A stretch of DNA of 57,158 nucleotides, from NCBI GenBank assembly GCA_026770705.1, contig JANJGN010000724.1:248001-305158 (forward strand), written 5' to 3'. The translations under genes were made by a program, and so were the position numbers. The first letter of the stretch is position 1; every line of letters begins with the position of its first letter. Below are positions 1 to 13,800 of the stretch, in pieces. The notes under the pieces were generated by a model that was not told the origin of the DNA, did not search any database, and was given only the letters and a program-made list of their open reading frames with translations. The DNA is from Isurus oxyrinchus (lineage: Eukaryota).

Positions 1-239
1 CGGAGGGACTGATAGTTCTCGGTGCCAGACAGTCAATGTCCCAGTGACCTTACTGCTGGTCCCAGGCCAGTGGGACAGGGAACATCGACACTGCAATATC
101 CAGAAATGGGTGTGATACCACACAGCTACCCACCCGCGGCTGTCCCCTTCAAGTGTTTCAGGTATAAGAGCAGGAAGCTCCTCTAGTTACAAACCAAAGC
201 ATCAAAGCAGAGCCAGAAGATCAGAAGAGACAGGCAGAG

Positions 240-332
240 ATGGGAAGCTCCCAGATGAAATGGCGACTTGTCTTGTTCACTCTGACTTTGCTGCTCTCCC
301 TGCAGCTGAGTCACTTCTTCTCCTTGTCGAGG
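240..332 (+). CDS. Candidate first coding exon, signal peptide MGSSQMKWRLVLFTLTLLLSLQLSHFFSLSR (secreted/membrane protein, possibly hepcidin-like)
   Basis: ATG at 240, basic n-region and Leu-rich core, followed directly by donor AGG|GTAAGC (333), phase 0; TATAAG at 163-168 upstream. Confidence 0.55.
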
Positions 333-534
333 GTAAGCTAAGAGATGTCCCTCTGGGTGAGGTGTTTCTTGCACATGACTCTACGTCTACCACCCAGATA
401 GACTGGTCTCTTCCGCAGTTTGATATTATTATGTTCGTGCCTTTAATATTGTCGCCCTCTATGAATTTAACATCATTTCCTTCTGTCGTTTCCCCTGAAA
501 TTCTCATTCTTGTTTTCAATCCCTCCTCAGCCAC

Positions 535-1385
535 TCCCTATCTCTGTAACCTCCACCAGGCCTTACAACCCTCCCTATCTCTGTAACCTCCTCCAGCCCC
601 TACACCCCTCCCTATCTCTGTAACCTCCTCCAGCCGCTACAACCCTCCCTATATCTGTAACCTCCTCCAGCCCCTACAACAATCCCTATCTCTGTAACTT
701 CCTCCAGCCCCTACAATTGTCCCTATCTCCGTAACCTCCTCCAGCCCCTACAACCCTCCCTATCTCTGTAACCTCCTCCAGGCCCTATAAACCTCCCTAT
801 CTCTGTAACCTCCTCCAGCCCCTACAACCCTACCTATCTCTGTAACCTCCCCCAGGCCCCACAACCCTCATGATCACTGTAACCTCCTCTAGACCCTACA
901 ACCCTCCCTATCTCTGTAACCTGCTCCAGACCCTACAACCCTCCCTATCTCTGTAACCTCCTCCAGGCCCTACAACCCTCCCTATCTCTGTAACCTCCTC
1001 CAGGCCCCACGACCCTCAGAATCACTGTAACCTCCTCCAGCCCCTACAATGCTCATGAACTCTATAACGTCCTCTCCACACTATAACTCTCCCTATCTCT
1101 GTAACCTACTATGGCCCCTACAACAGTATCTATTTTGGTAACCTCCTCCAGCCTCTACAACCCTCCCTACCTCTGTAACCTCCTCCAGCCCCCACAACCC
1201 CCCCCATCTCTTTAACCTCCTACAGCCCCTACTCACCTCCCTATCTCTGTAACCTCCTACAGCCCCTACAACCTTCCCTATCTCTGTCACCTCCTACAGC
1301 CTCTAGAACCCTCCCTATCTCTGTTACCTCCTACAGCCTCTACAACCCTCCCTATCTCTGTAACCTCCTCCAGCCGGAACAACCC
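535..1385. repeat. 37-bp minisatellite (CCCTACAACCCTCCCTATCTCTGTAACCTCCTCCAGC)n
   Basis: About 20+ degenerate tandem units visible; same unit recurs at ~13160-13460 (reverse) and ~28590-28900. Confidence 0.9.
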
Positions 1386-1449
1386 TACCTAAATCTCTGG
1401 TCTGAGTCTCACTCCAGGGAATTCAGTCCCATAACGTCGGTCAACACTC

Positions 1450-1965
1450 CGTGCTGAGGGAGTGCTGGACTGTCAGAGGGTCAGTAGTGTGGAAGTGTTG
1501 CACTATTGGAGGGACAGTACTGAGTGAGTGCTATACTGTCGGAGGTCAGTACTGAGGAAGTGCTGCATTGTTACAGGGTCAGTACTGTGGAAGTGTTGCA
1601 CTGTCGGAGGGTCAGTACTGAGGTAGCGCTGCACTGACGGAGGGACAATACTGTGGGAGTGCAGCACTATCGAAGGGTTAGTACTGAGGGAGTGCTGCAG
1701 TGTCAAAGGGTTAGTACTGAGGGAGCACAACAATGTTGAATGAGACATTAAACCGAGTCCCCCGTCTGCCCTCTCGGGCGGGTGTGAAAGATCCCACAGC
1801 CACTATTTGGAGGAAGAGCAGGGGGTGTTCTCCCCGGTGTCCTGGGACCAATATTTATCCCTCACCCAACATCACCAAAAACAGATGATCTAGGCCATGA
1901 TCACATTGCTATTTGTGGGATCTTGCTGTGCACAAATCAGCTGCCACATTTCCTACAGTGTGAGT
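1450..1965 (+). mobile_element. DeuSINE (SacSINE/AmnSINE-like) with internally amplified 33-mer
   Basis: Degenerate CAGTACTGAGGGAGTGCTGCACTGTCGGAGGGT units run into ATGAGACATTAAACCGAG..CCGTCTGCCCTCTC..GAAGAGCAGGGG..CCCCGGTGTCCTGG, the Deu-domain core as recalled. Confidence 0.7.
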
Positions 1966-2141
1966 GCACTTCAAAAACATCCTTCAGTGGCTGTGAAATG
2001 CATTGGGATGTGGTGAAAGGCGTTAGAGAAATGCAAGTCTGTCCTCCTCCCCCTCTCTCTCCTGTACCTCTCTCTCTCTCTCTCTCCCTCTCCCTCAATC
2101 CTCCTCTCACTTTCTCCCTGATAAATTCTTTCTTTTTGCAG

Positions 2142-2198
2142 GTTGACACTGCTTTAGGTTCTTCGACGATTGAGAAATCTGTGGATTCCCCGGACACG
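2142..2198 (+). CDS. Candidate second exon VDTALGSSTIEKSVDSPDT (57 nt, phase 0-0)
   Basis: Strong acceptor TTCTTTCTTTTTGCAG, donor ACG|GTAGGT, open and in phase with exon 240-332. Confidence 0.45.
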
Positions 2199-2469
2199 GT
2201 AGGTGGAAATTCATTCCTTATTTTAAGGTTTCTCCCTGCTCGTTTCTTCCACAGAAAGTTTTCTGATTTCAAGCTGATTTCAGTGGCAGTCTGTCTCGGT
2301 TATACTCAGGAGGCATGTTTGAAATCGAGCCCCCCCCACCCCCCCGCCCAACTTTTTTGCAAAGCTGGGAAGAGGCAATTCCAAGGAAGTGAACATATCC
2401 CCACAGGAATTTTAAATGTAACCCACGCCGGGAATAGTGAGAGGGAGACTGATCCAGCCTGGGAGTGGG

Positions 2470-2900
2470 TTAAAGAGAGGCTGGGAGTCGAGAGTCAGAG
2501 AGAGGGATGGAATGGGGGAGGGAGGGATTGGAAGAGAGAGACAGAGAGTGGGACGGGGAGGGGTGAAAGGGAAAGAACATAGGTGGGAGAGAGTGACAGA
2601 GGGAGAAATTAAAGAAGAGATGCAGAGTGAGGGAAAGTGAAAAGGGAAGAGAGATTGTCCAAGAGAGAGAAATTAACAGGAAAGGGAGAGTTACAGAGTG
2701 AGCGAAAGGTACAAAAATAGTGTGAGAGAGAGGGAGAGATACAGAGTGGGAGAAGGAGACAGGGGAGAGAGAGGGAGAGAGACAGGAAAAGGGAGAGAGG
2801 AGAGAAAGATTGGGAGAGAGGGCAATTGAGAGGAAGAGTAGGAGAGAGAGACAGGGAGAGGAGGAGTGGATGAGAGGAAGAGAGAGAGAGATATGGAGCA
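2470..2900. repeat. GA-rich low-complexity tract
   Basis: Purine-rich (GA)n-like sequence. Confidence 0.85.
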
Positions 2901-3737
2901 GGAGAACACCTCCTCCGGTCCCGATGTTCCTCCAAAATCTCTGACATTACTGCATCTCCCGGGTCCCCCTGATTCCCATCGCTCCACCATTGGCGGCCGT
3001 GCCTTCAGCTGCCTGGGGCCCTGAGCTCCGGAATACCCTCCCTTAACCTCTCTGCCTCTCTCTCTCTCTCCTTTAAGACGCTCCTTAAAAACTGACATCT
3101 TTGACCAAGCTTTTGGTCACCTAACCCTAATATCTCCATATGTGACTCAGTGTTAGACTTCTCTCTGATTTACGCTCCGGTAATGTGGGCTGGGACATTT
3201 TGCAATGTCAGAGGCGCTGTGTGAATGCAAGTTGTGAGTGTTATGTGGAAGGGAGATCCCAGGCGGCAGTCAGTGCCAGAGACTGGAGTCATTGTGTACA
3301 GACCATATCTAATCTCTCCGAATGCACAATCGATTTGACTGTCAGCCAAAGCACTTTTGATATTTGATCCTTCTACCTGTTTATAACCAGGCCTACATCA
3401 TACACCGAGAGGCTGGTTAATCAACAGACACCTTAGAGGATCGAGTGAAAGACAAAGAGGACTTGCATTTCTCTAGCGCCTTCCAACACATCAGGACGTC
3501 CCAAAGTGTTTCACAGACAATCAAGTGCTTTTTTCTTTCATGTGAGGTCACTGATGTAATGTGGGAAAAGAATCAGCCATTGGCGCACAGTAAGATCCCA
3601 CAGACAGCAGCATGATAATGAGCAGCGCGCTCCCAGTACTTGCACTGCAAGTGTCAGTTCAGGATGTCTGCTCAATTCTCTGCGACTCTCATCTCCGAGT
3701 TAAAAGGACCACCAGGCGTAATTGAGGAATTACCGAG

Positions 3738-4435
3738 CTGTCGGAGGGTCAGTACTGAGGGAGTGCTGCACAGTCGGAGGGTCAGTACTGAGGGAGTGCT
3801 GCATTGTCAGAGGGTTAGTACTGAGGGAGTGCTGCACTGTCAGAGGGTCAGTACTGAGGGAGTGCTGCATTGTCAGAGGGTCAGTCTTGAGGGAGTGCTG
3901 CACAGTCGAAGGGTCAGTACCGGCGGGGGGATGCACAGTCGGAGGGTCAGTGCTGAGGGAGTGCAGCCTTGTCAGAGGGTCAGTTTTGAGGGAGTGTTGC
4001 ACAGTCGGAGGGTCAGTACTGAGGGAGTGTTGCATTGTCAGAGGGTCAGTCTTGAGGGAGTGCTGCACTGTTGGAGGGTCAGTACTGAGGGTGTGCTACA
4101 CTGTCAGAGGGTCAGTACTGAGGGAGTGCTGCACAGTCGGAGGGTCAGTACTGAGAGGGTGCTGCATTGTCAGAGTCAGTACTGAGGGAGTGCTGCACAG
4201 TCGGAGGGTCAGTACTGAGGGGGTGCTGCACTGTTGAAGGCGCTGTCTTTCAGATAAGACATTAAACTGGGGCAACCAATCTGCCCTCTCAGGTGGATGT
4301 AGAGGATTCCATGGCCACAATTTAGATGAAGTGCGTCAGGAGTTGGGGGGTATGTGTGGAGGGGGTGGTGGGGGCTGGATGGGGTGGAGTTATGTCCGCT
4401 TTCCTGGGGCAAACATTTATCCCTCAACTGACATT
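3738..4435 (+). repeat. 33-bp satellite array ending in DeuSINE core
   Basis: ~15 units of CAGTACTGAGGGAGTGCTGCACTGTCGGAGGGT, then GTCTTTCAGATAAGACATTAAAC.. Confidence 0.85.
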
Positions 4436-5857
4436 GGTAAAAAACTGAAAATGGTCACCATTACTGAGACTAGCTTCGCATTCCAGACGTCACATCCAGT
4501 CGTGGACAATTAAACTGGAGGAGGAGGCTCCACAAATATCCCCATCCTCAATGATGGAGGAGTCCAGCACGCCAGTGCAAAAGACAAGACTGAAGCATGC
4601 GCAACAAAATGTATCAATCAATTAAATTTATTGATTAATCAAATCGAAATTCCTCCAGCTGCCGTGGTGGGATTTGAACCCGTGCCTTCAAAGCATTCAC
4701 CTGGGCCTCTGGATCACTGGCCTAGTGCCATTCCCATTGTGCGACTGTCTGCTATCATCATGGCTCTTTCACATCGATGTGGAAGTCCTGATAACAGAAG
4801 CATTGGACGAGGTACAGAAAGGTGACAAATCAGGAGCTCCATGGCTCAATATGAACGGATAATAAAGATAAATGAACATAAACCTTCCAGTCGCTAATTA
4901 GGGAGTCACTGTGGAGCCCATGAGTCCCTCACAGCGCTATTGCAACCTTCTGGATCCCCAGTAGGGGACTCGGGGTGCAGCTGTGTCTTCCTCATCATTT
5001 GGAAAAGCCGGAATTGTTCGGGTGCCCCTTCAAACAGGCCGAAGATGCAGTGGGTGATGTCTCCCACAGGCCCTGGGAGACCTCCCCTGCCAATTTGTTT
5101 TGTAGCTTATTCTTCAACTGCGACATTGGATCAGCTTGAAAAAGGGTGGGGCTGAGGCAATACCACCAGGTAAGCGTCTATCCCCTCACACGTCACCCCC
5201 CCCCACCCCCGTAACCATCACAGTCCCTCCCATCGTGCTGGAGGAGCATAATGTGCACATTCCCCTCCTTCCAATCAGTCTCCTCCCTTCCTCTCTAATC
5301 CTTGATCTTATTGTGTTCGGGGTTGACATCCCAGTCCTCCTCCCTAGACTGTCTGATGTTGACATCCCAATGCCCCATGTAGACCTGACCTCTCTCCAAC
5401 TAGAGGCCCATTGTACTGTGACTTACAGAGACCACCGGCCCCCCTCGATTCCCACCCCCACCCCTACTCTCTATATTACCTGCTCCCCACTGACAGGCTG
5501 CAGATGCCTCCCCTGACTGGGATTGTGCCACCTGCGGCCTAGTATCAAGCCACCCACCCCCAGGACCGACGTGTGTGAGGGACTGACCACGTCACTCACA
5601 CCATGCTGGGCACCACCAACCCAGGACTGCCAGACTCTCCCCACCACACTGGACTGGGACTAGAATAGGCGTGCCAAGCACAGCTCTCTAAATCGTGGCG
5701 CAGACCCACAGCACTCGCAATGTTTTGTGGCCCGAATCCTTGCTGAGGAACTGCCCAGCACTAAAAGCAAAAAAACTGCAGATGCTGGAAATCCAAAACA
5801 GAAACAGAAACAGAAATACCTGGAAAAACTCAGCAGGTCTGGCAGCATCGGCGGAGA

Positions 5858-6310
5858 AGAACTGAGGGAGTGCTGCACTGTCGGAGGTTCAGTACTGAGG
5901 GAGTGCTGCACTGTCGGAGGGTCTGAGCTGAGGGAGTGCTGCACTGTCGGAGGCTCTGAACTGAGGGAGTGCTGCACTGTCGGAGGGTTTGAACTGAGGG
6001 AGAGCTGCACTGTCGGAGGGTTTGAACTGAGGGAGTGCTGCACTGTCGGATGGTTTGAACTGAGAGAGTGCTGCACTGTCGGAGGTTCTGAACTGAGAGA
6101 GTGCTGCACTGTCTGAGGGTTTGAACTGAGGGAGTGCTGCACAGTCGGAGGTTCTGAACTGAGGGAGTGCTGCACTGTCGGAGGGTTTGAACTGAGGGAG
6201 TGCTGCATTGTCGGAGGGTCTGATCTGAAGGAGTGCTGCACTGTAGGAGGGTCTGAACTGAGGGAGTGCTGCGCTGTTGGAGGGTCAGTACTGAGGGAGT
6301 GCTGCGCTGT
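5858..6310 (+). repeat. 33-bp satellite array (GAACTGAG variant) at the 3' boundary of the activating Siglec gene
   Basis: ~13 tandem units. Confidence 0.9.
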
Positions 6311-7011
6311 CTAAAGAACATTGTACAAATTGCACAAAATTGCATCTGATGCCTGTGTCTCATGCTAACATGAAGTTCATGCACACAACAGGAATATTTC
6401 TCGCTGTTTCTCAGCAGCAAGACAGCTTTGGTATCACACCACCCACTGGCAAGAGTGTGCAGTTACAATGTGACATGTTTACATTGGAAATTTCTATTAT
6501 AAAGATGGACAGAGGAATTCATCTGATTGGAAAACGTGACAACATGAAGTAATGTCTTTGAGCCAAGAATTTTGCAGCAAAATAAGAATTTTAATCTTTA
6601 AATATCTACAGAACAGGCTGAGCATTTTAATCACTTGAGTTAATCAATGTAATTTTATTCATAAGCCAAATGCTTCTTACAATCTATCGCAGCATGAAAA
6701 AGGTGCAGCATTCAGAAAGCACATTCCAATCAGAGAACAGAGTTTAGCAACGTCACATTTCTGTTCATTCCTATTCGACCATGTTGGCTGCACACAGCCA
6801 GACAATGCCGTGGTTATGATGTGTCCACACAGCAGCACTGGGGAGCACCAGGTATAAGGAAAAGTTTCAGCTTGCTGAGGAGAAGAAGGAGAATCTCTCG
6901 TTCCAGGTTTCTCTCCGTACATTAAGAAGCAGGCATGCCGATGTTTCATTGCACTCTGTCTGCTGATGGGAGTCCGCTTGGAAATTGCTGTTTGTGCTGA
7001 TGGAAAGAATA

Positions 7012-7620
7012 AGCTTTTCATAAATCGAGGGATTGAGAACAAACACAGGGAGGTTATGCTGAACATTTATAAAGCTCTGGTTAGGTCACAACTAGAGTAT
7101 TGTGTCCAGTTCTGGTCTCCTCACTTTGGGAAGGAAGTGAGGGTCCTTGAGAGGGTGGGGAGGAGATTGAGCAGAATGGGTCCAGGGATGAGGGATTTTA
7201 GCTACAAGGTTGGGTTGGAGAAGCTGGGGTTGTTCTCCTTGGAGCAAAGGAGATTGAGGGGGGATCTGATCGAGGTGTACAAGATGATGATGGGTTTAGA
7301 TAAGGTAGACAAAGAGAAGCTGTTGCCATTAGCTGATGGTACAAGGACTGGGGGACACAGATTGAAGGTTTTGGGCAGAGGGGGGATGTGAGGAGGAACT
7401 TTTTTACACAGCGAGTGGTAATGAGCTGGAACTCGCTGCCTACGAGGATGGTGGAAGTGGAGACGATGAACGATATCAAACAGAAATTGGTTGGACACTT
7501 GAGGGGAAATAAACTTGCAGAGATACGGGGATAGAGAGGGGGAAATGGGACTGAGTGGATTGCTCTACACAGAGACAGCATGGACTCAATGGGCTGAACG
7601 GACTCCTACTGTGCTGGAAT
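7012..7620 (+). mobile_element. CR1 LINE 3' fragment
   Basis: Translates to YKALVRSQLEYCVQFWSPH..LGLFSLEQRRLRGDLIEVYK, the CR1 ORF2 C-terminus, plus 3' UTR. Confidence 0.9.
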
Positions 7621-7737
7621 GCCTCTCTGATACGAAGGTGATTCTAACCAGGACACTGACCAGTTTCTTTACAACTTAACCCAACATCACACGTTATTTG
7701 TCCACACTGACTGACCAGATTGTTGCTGTACAAAGCT

Positions 7738-7877
7738 TCAAACAGTCTGTCGACTTCCTTTCACTGTTTGTCTCTCCCAGACACAGACTCCAGCGATAGT
7801 GATAACCACAGCCACAAGGAATATCACAGCTCGTATTCCCAGGATCAGGATCACGTGCAGAATCTCTCCTCCACTGT
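7738..7877 (-). CDS. Terminal TM + short tail exon (D)SGGEILHVILILGIRAVIFLVAVVITIAGVCVWERQTVKGSRQTV*
   Basis: Acceptor TTCTTTCTGTGTGTTCTCTAG; phase-1 frame gives a long hydrophobic stretch with an internal Arg and a 13-aa Tyr-free tail. Confidence 0.8.
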
Positions 7878-10800
7878 CTAGAGAACACACAGAAAGAAAT
7901 CATCACTGACTCTCCGCTTTCAATCTCTCACTCTGGCTGAACAATCAAGCTTCATATCACTGCAACATTTGCTGTAATATTGACCCATCCACTGGGATTC
8001 AATGTGGAATGAATGTTTTCATTGTAAACACTCTAAGAGTGGACAATCGGAACTTTCCCCTTAGCGTGGAACATTGGTGAGAATGGATCATTGTGCTGTT
8101 GGACTCCCTGTCCAATGTTTCTCTCCATCGCTGTGTACAGGATTGTGCTGTAGAAAATTCTGGAAACGTTTAGTGCCGGGTGAAAATCCATCTCGGACGT
8201 GTGTGCGAATCAGGCAGGATCGAGATGGACTCCCCCACGGACTTACACCCCCCGCTTAATAAACAGTTCCAATCTTTACCCAGAGAGAGGGGAGAATGTG
8301 GAACTCGCTCCCACCGGGAGTGGGTGATGTGAACAGTATCGATGTACTTAAGGGGCAGGAGGGTCGGTAACCAGAGGGACACAGATTGACAAACCGGAGG
8401 GGGAGATGAAGAGAATTTGTTTTGACAGAGCGAGTTGTTGTGATCTGGAAGGTTCTGCCTGAAAGGGCGGTGGAAGCAGATTCAATAGGAACTTTCAAAA
8501 GGGAAATTGGATAAACACTAGAAGGAGGAAGATGGGGGCAAAGTGGAGTGGTGGTTAGTGGATCTGATGGGATAGCACATTGAAAGACCTGGCACAGGCT
8601 CAATGGGCTGAATGGCCTCCTCCTGTGCTGTATCATTCTCCGCTTCCATGATCTCTCCCCCAGTCAGTAACCACTCCAGATCCCTCTTGAAGGCAACAGA
8701 GAAACAGCAACCACCACACCCACTGACAGCACATTCCCAAGGATCACTACTCTCTGGGAAAAGATGAACTCCCCAACATCCAGCCTATTCCTGCTTCCCA
8801 GAGAGTGTAAACCCTTCAGGGAGGCACTGAGGAAGTTTTCAATAAAATGACATCAAATCTACCGTTTGAGAAATAATTTAATTCCGATGAACTCACAGCT
8901 TGTGTAGCAAACTGGGAAGTGGATTTGCTTGAAAAGCTGAGAGATGCAAGGGTTAAGTGCTACCTTGCCACCACTGGTGGTACAGTGTAACTACAGCGTG
9001 ACGTTTACATAGGCAATCCCTATTATAAACAAGGACATTGGACATCAGGTGAAATACGGGCACTGGAAAAGTGAGAACATGATGTAAGCTTTTCACCAAC
9101 AGGAATTCCCTTCCTAAACCTCTCCACCTCTCTCTTACTCTCAGATACTCAAACAAAATTTCACACAAAATCACATAAGGACGAGTTGGGACAGGTGACT
9201 GGTCAAAGGGTTAGGTTTCAGGAAGCTTCTTAAAGGAGGATAGAGAGTTGGAGAGACAGAGAGTATCTGTGAGTGTCTCTATGCATCTGAGTGTCTGTAA
9301 TAGACTTTGCAATTTCCATATTCTTCCATAAACATGAAAGGGAACAGAAATCTCAGAATCCAGGTCAACTCTCCAGTGCAGCACTGAGGGAGGTCAGGTA
9401 ACCCACTGGGGAGTATTGTGCTAGTGTGTTTGTTGGTGTCTTTGTGTGTGCTCATATACAAGGGATTGTGTATCTGCAGGTGTCTATTTAGGTCTGTATA
9501 TTTGTGTGTGTTTGTGTCATGTTTCAATCTGAGACAGATGATGAAATCTGTGTGCACTCACATTCCACAGTGATGGTTATGAATCCCTCCACTGCTCCAT
9601 GTTCATTCTCTGCCAAACACTGATAGTCTCCAGTGTCCCTGGATTTAACGTGAGGAATCACCAACCACAGCTCATTGTTGGAACTTGTTCTGTTCATTGT
9701 GATATTCAGATATCAGGGCAGGACTCAACAAGACAGATCGCATGTTTACCAACAGAGAGTGAACAACAATTTATATTTAAAGGGAAGAGAGTGCTGATTG
9801 ATTGGCAAGTGGTCTCGGAGGTGTTGCCATGGAAAATAATGTGTGTGAGATTTAAAGTTTAAACAGCTTGTCTCTTCATTCAGCAACAATCAAATAAAGA
9901 TCAATTAACTTCTATGGACTGTGAAGCACTTTGAGAGGCATGAGAATGTGGACACTGAGAACGGGCTGCACTGTCAGAGGGTCAGCGCTGAGGGAGTGCT
10001 GATGTAGAAGGATTTCTCAACTTACCTTGTACAGTTAGTACGAGAGTCCGCTCCAATGAAACAGATGGATATCTCACTCGGCAGCTGAGAGTGTGTCCAT
10101 GGTGTTTGAGTGATGGGATCAGGGTCAGAACAGAAGTATAGGTCAGAGTGACACCATGCTGAGTTACAGTGTTTGAGACTGATCCACGTACGTCAGTGGG
10201 AGTGTCCCAGGTTAAGACAGGTGCTGCTGTTCCATTGCACGTTGTGTTGAAGGTGCAGATTACATCCACACGCTTTCCTGCAATAATTTCAGCAGGGAAT
10301 ATCGTGGGTTTATCTGTGAAATCTAACAGACAGAGAATGGATCCTTTTAGAGAAATATAACGTGAAGCATCAGTTCAAATAGAAATGACAGTCCCACAAG
10401 AAAAAGCACTTTTACAAGGATGATATCAGAACTGAGAGATTACAATGATCAGGAGAGAATTTCCTGCTTTGACACTTTGGTGTTTCTGTCTCTCAGTTTA
10501 ACACACGTTCACTCCGAGACACTTGAACTGATAATAGTGGGTGAGGGTGGAGGAGCAGACCAGAGTTTGGAGTGCACTACCCCATCATTCACTCAGTGAT
10601 CTGGGCCATTTAGTACTTTGCAATTTGTGGGAGCTAGCTGTGCGCAAATTGGCTGCTGTGTTTCTCACATTACAACAGTAACTACAATTCAGGAATCAGC
10701 TCATTGGCTGTGAAGTGACTTGGTACATATTGAGGTGGTGAAAGGCTCCATAGAAATGTGAATCTTTCTTTTGTCGATATGTCAGACTTCGAGACAGGAT

Positions 10801-13800
10801 TAGAGAGATCGATGGGAGTGGATAACTTGATAACATTGATGGACACAGTCAATACATTTATCATTGATATTAAAGTGAGTATTAGAGGTTGCTTTAGGAC
10901 TGAACTGGAAGCTATCACCATGTTATTGAGAATCAGACAGTGTGTTATAATAAGCTGTGTTTTGTGTTAATATGTAAACGTCACAGTTTGTGTTATTTCC
11001 CATTGAGTGTTGGATGTGAACTGTTGAGTAATTATAACACAGCACTTACCAGAAACGTGAAGCCGGGTTACAGGGTAATAGTTATGGCTCGGACCATTGT
11101 CAAATTCTATTCTGAAAAAATAAGGTCCCGCATCTTCTCATCTGATGTTGTCTATGATCAAGGAACAGTCGCCATCTTTCAGGTCTCCAGACAGCCGGGT
11201 CCGATGGCAGAACCGTGGTAACTCGTGACTGTGATCCTTGGAGTGAAAGTCAATGGGAGCCCAGGGAATCTGTTTCTCATTATTAAACCAGACTCCACCT
11301 CGCGGTTGGTTTTCCAGACACGATGGATAACTGAAATGACATGGAATCTGTACACACGAACCTTCCTGTGCTGTCACCTCTCGTGGAGTGTCACCTTTCC
11401 ACTCTTGTGACAGTCCAACTGGGGAGAGAAATATCAATATTTAACTCTGGATGGTTTGTGGATCCACTGAACCCGATATTTACAGATGAGGCTGAATTGG
11501 GGGGATGGTCAATACTGAGGAGAATGGCAACAAATTATTTTGGCAGGAAGAATAGAAAAACAGGATATTATTTAAATGGAGACAGGCTGCAGAATGCAGT
11601 ACAGAGGGATCTGGGTGTCCTTGTACATGAATCACAGAAAGTCAGCATTCAGGAACACCACAGAATGAGGAAGGCAAGTGGATTGTTGGCCTTTATTGCA
11701 AATGGATGGAGTATAAAAGGAGGGAAGTCTTGCAACAGCTGCACAGGGCGTTAGTGAGATTGTAACAGGATCATTGTGTACAGGCAGTTCAGAGAAACTT
11801 CACTGGGCTGATTCCTGGGATTAAAGGGTTTGTCCTGTGAGGAAATGTTGAGCAGGTTGGGCCTGTATCCATTGGAGTTTAGAAGAATGAGGGGTGACCT
11901 TATTGAAACATATCCGATTCCGAGGGGGCTTGACAGGGTGGATGCTGGGAGGATGTTTCCCCCTCGTGGGGGAATCTAGAACCAGGGAGCACAGTTTCGG
12001 AATGAGTGCTCTCCCATTTAAGACTGAGATGAGGAGGAATTTCCTCTCTCAGAGGGATGCTAGCCTGTGGAATTCTCTTCCCCAGAGAGCAGTGGAGGCT
12101 GGGCCATTGAATGGACTCAAGGCTGAGTGAGGCAGGTTTTTGATCGACAAAGGAGTCAAGGGTTTGGGGGACAGGCAGGAAAATGGAGTTAAGGCCACAA
12201 CCAGATCAGTGAGAGCAGGCTCGAGGGGCCGAATGGCCTGCTCCTGTCCCTATTTCTTATGTTCCTACATTCTTACCTTCTTAAAATATTAAAGCAGTAG
12301 AATAAACATGCAAGTGAATGACCCGCTCGACCCACCTTCCATCTGGGGGTCCCATGGGGAGGACCCTTCCTGAGCCAGATCCACCAGCCAACATGGTCTG
12401 GATCCGAGAACAGGAGACACGGGGGGGAGTGACTAACAGGCTCCTTGTGACAGGCCCCGTCTGTCCAATGGCTGGCTTTCAGCTGCCAAGGCCAGAGTGG
12501 TCCTTGCTAAAACCAGCTCAGGACAGGTCAGGACCCCTGTGCAGACCCCCTCCAGCGCTGCAGCCTCTGTACAAACCCCTTATGCGCTTGTGGAGAGACA
12601 CAAACAAGGCTGTACATTACCGAGGAGAATCCCCTCTACGGACTAAGGGGCTGACTCATCACCTTAAACTCAGCAAATGAGGAGGCTCTCGCTCGGTATC
12701 GGGGCTTGGCATTCGCTCAATAAAAATAATCAAATTACATTTTGGTCAGAAATCTAAGGAGGTTGTACATTCCCTCAAAAATAAGACTCGATCTGGGGTC
12801 GAGGGTCAAAGGGCAACAACTTATATTTACACAACAACTTTAACATGACAAATCACCCCAAGGTGCTACACAGGAGCGTCATAAAACAAAGTATGTCACC
12901 CAGACACATGTGGAGATATTAGCGACAGCTGACCAGAAGAGGTCGGTGTTATGGAGAAACTTCAAAGAGGGATGAAATGGATAGGGAGAGAGAGAGAGAG
13001 ATAGAAATAGAGAGAGAGAGAGTGAGAGAGAGGGATGGAGAGGGGTTGAGGGAGGGTATTACAGAGCTCGGGCCCCAGGCAGCTGAAGGCACGGCCGCCG
13101 ATATTGCAGTGATGGGATCAGGGGATGGTCAAGAGGCTGGAATTGGATGAGCACAGAGACCTCAGAGGGTTGGAGGGGCTGGAGGAGGTTACAGAGAGAA
13201 GGAAGGTTGTAGTGACTGGGGCAGGTTACAGAGGTAGGGAAAGTTGTCGGGACTGGAGCAGGCTACAGAGATACGGAAGCTTTTAGGGGCAGGAGGAAGT
13301 TACAGAAATAGGGAGGGTTGTAGTGGCTGGAGGAGGTTGCAGAGATTGGTAGGTTTGTTGGGCAGGATGAATTTACAGATATAGGGAAGCGGTAGAGGCT
13401 TGAAGAGGTTACAGAGAATGGGATGGTTGTAGGTACTGGAGGAGGACGAGGAGATTACAGGGATAGAGAGGAAACAAAGATGTAAATTTGGACATTGAGA
13501 CTTTGCTTGACCAGGAGCCAGTCTCGGTCATCGAGCAAAGCGGGTGATAAGGGAATGGGACTTGGTGTGAGTAAGGACGTGGTCAGCAGTTTTGGATGGC
13601 CTCAAGTTTATGGAGTGTAGACCGTGTGTTGGAACAGTCGAGACTGGAGGTAATGAAGGCGTGGATGAGGGTTTCAGCAGCAGATGAGCTGAGACAGGGT
13701 GAAGTCTTGCGATGTTACGGAGGTGGAAATAGACGGTATTAGTGAGGGCACAGATATGAGGCCGGAAGCTCATCTCAGGATCAAATGGGACAACAAAGCT

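Noticed and set aside
5106-5169. 64-nt segment with good acceptor and GTAAGC donor as exon 3 of the secreted-peptide gene
   Set aside because: Translation (LILQLRHWISLKKGGAEAIPP) is uninformative, no following exon was found, and the region may be a repeat
7694-7906. 70-aa Cys-rich ORF (and twin at 35427-35639) as a defensin/toxin-like peptide
   Set aside because: It is an alternative frame of the TM exon; the splice phase selects the hydrophobic frame
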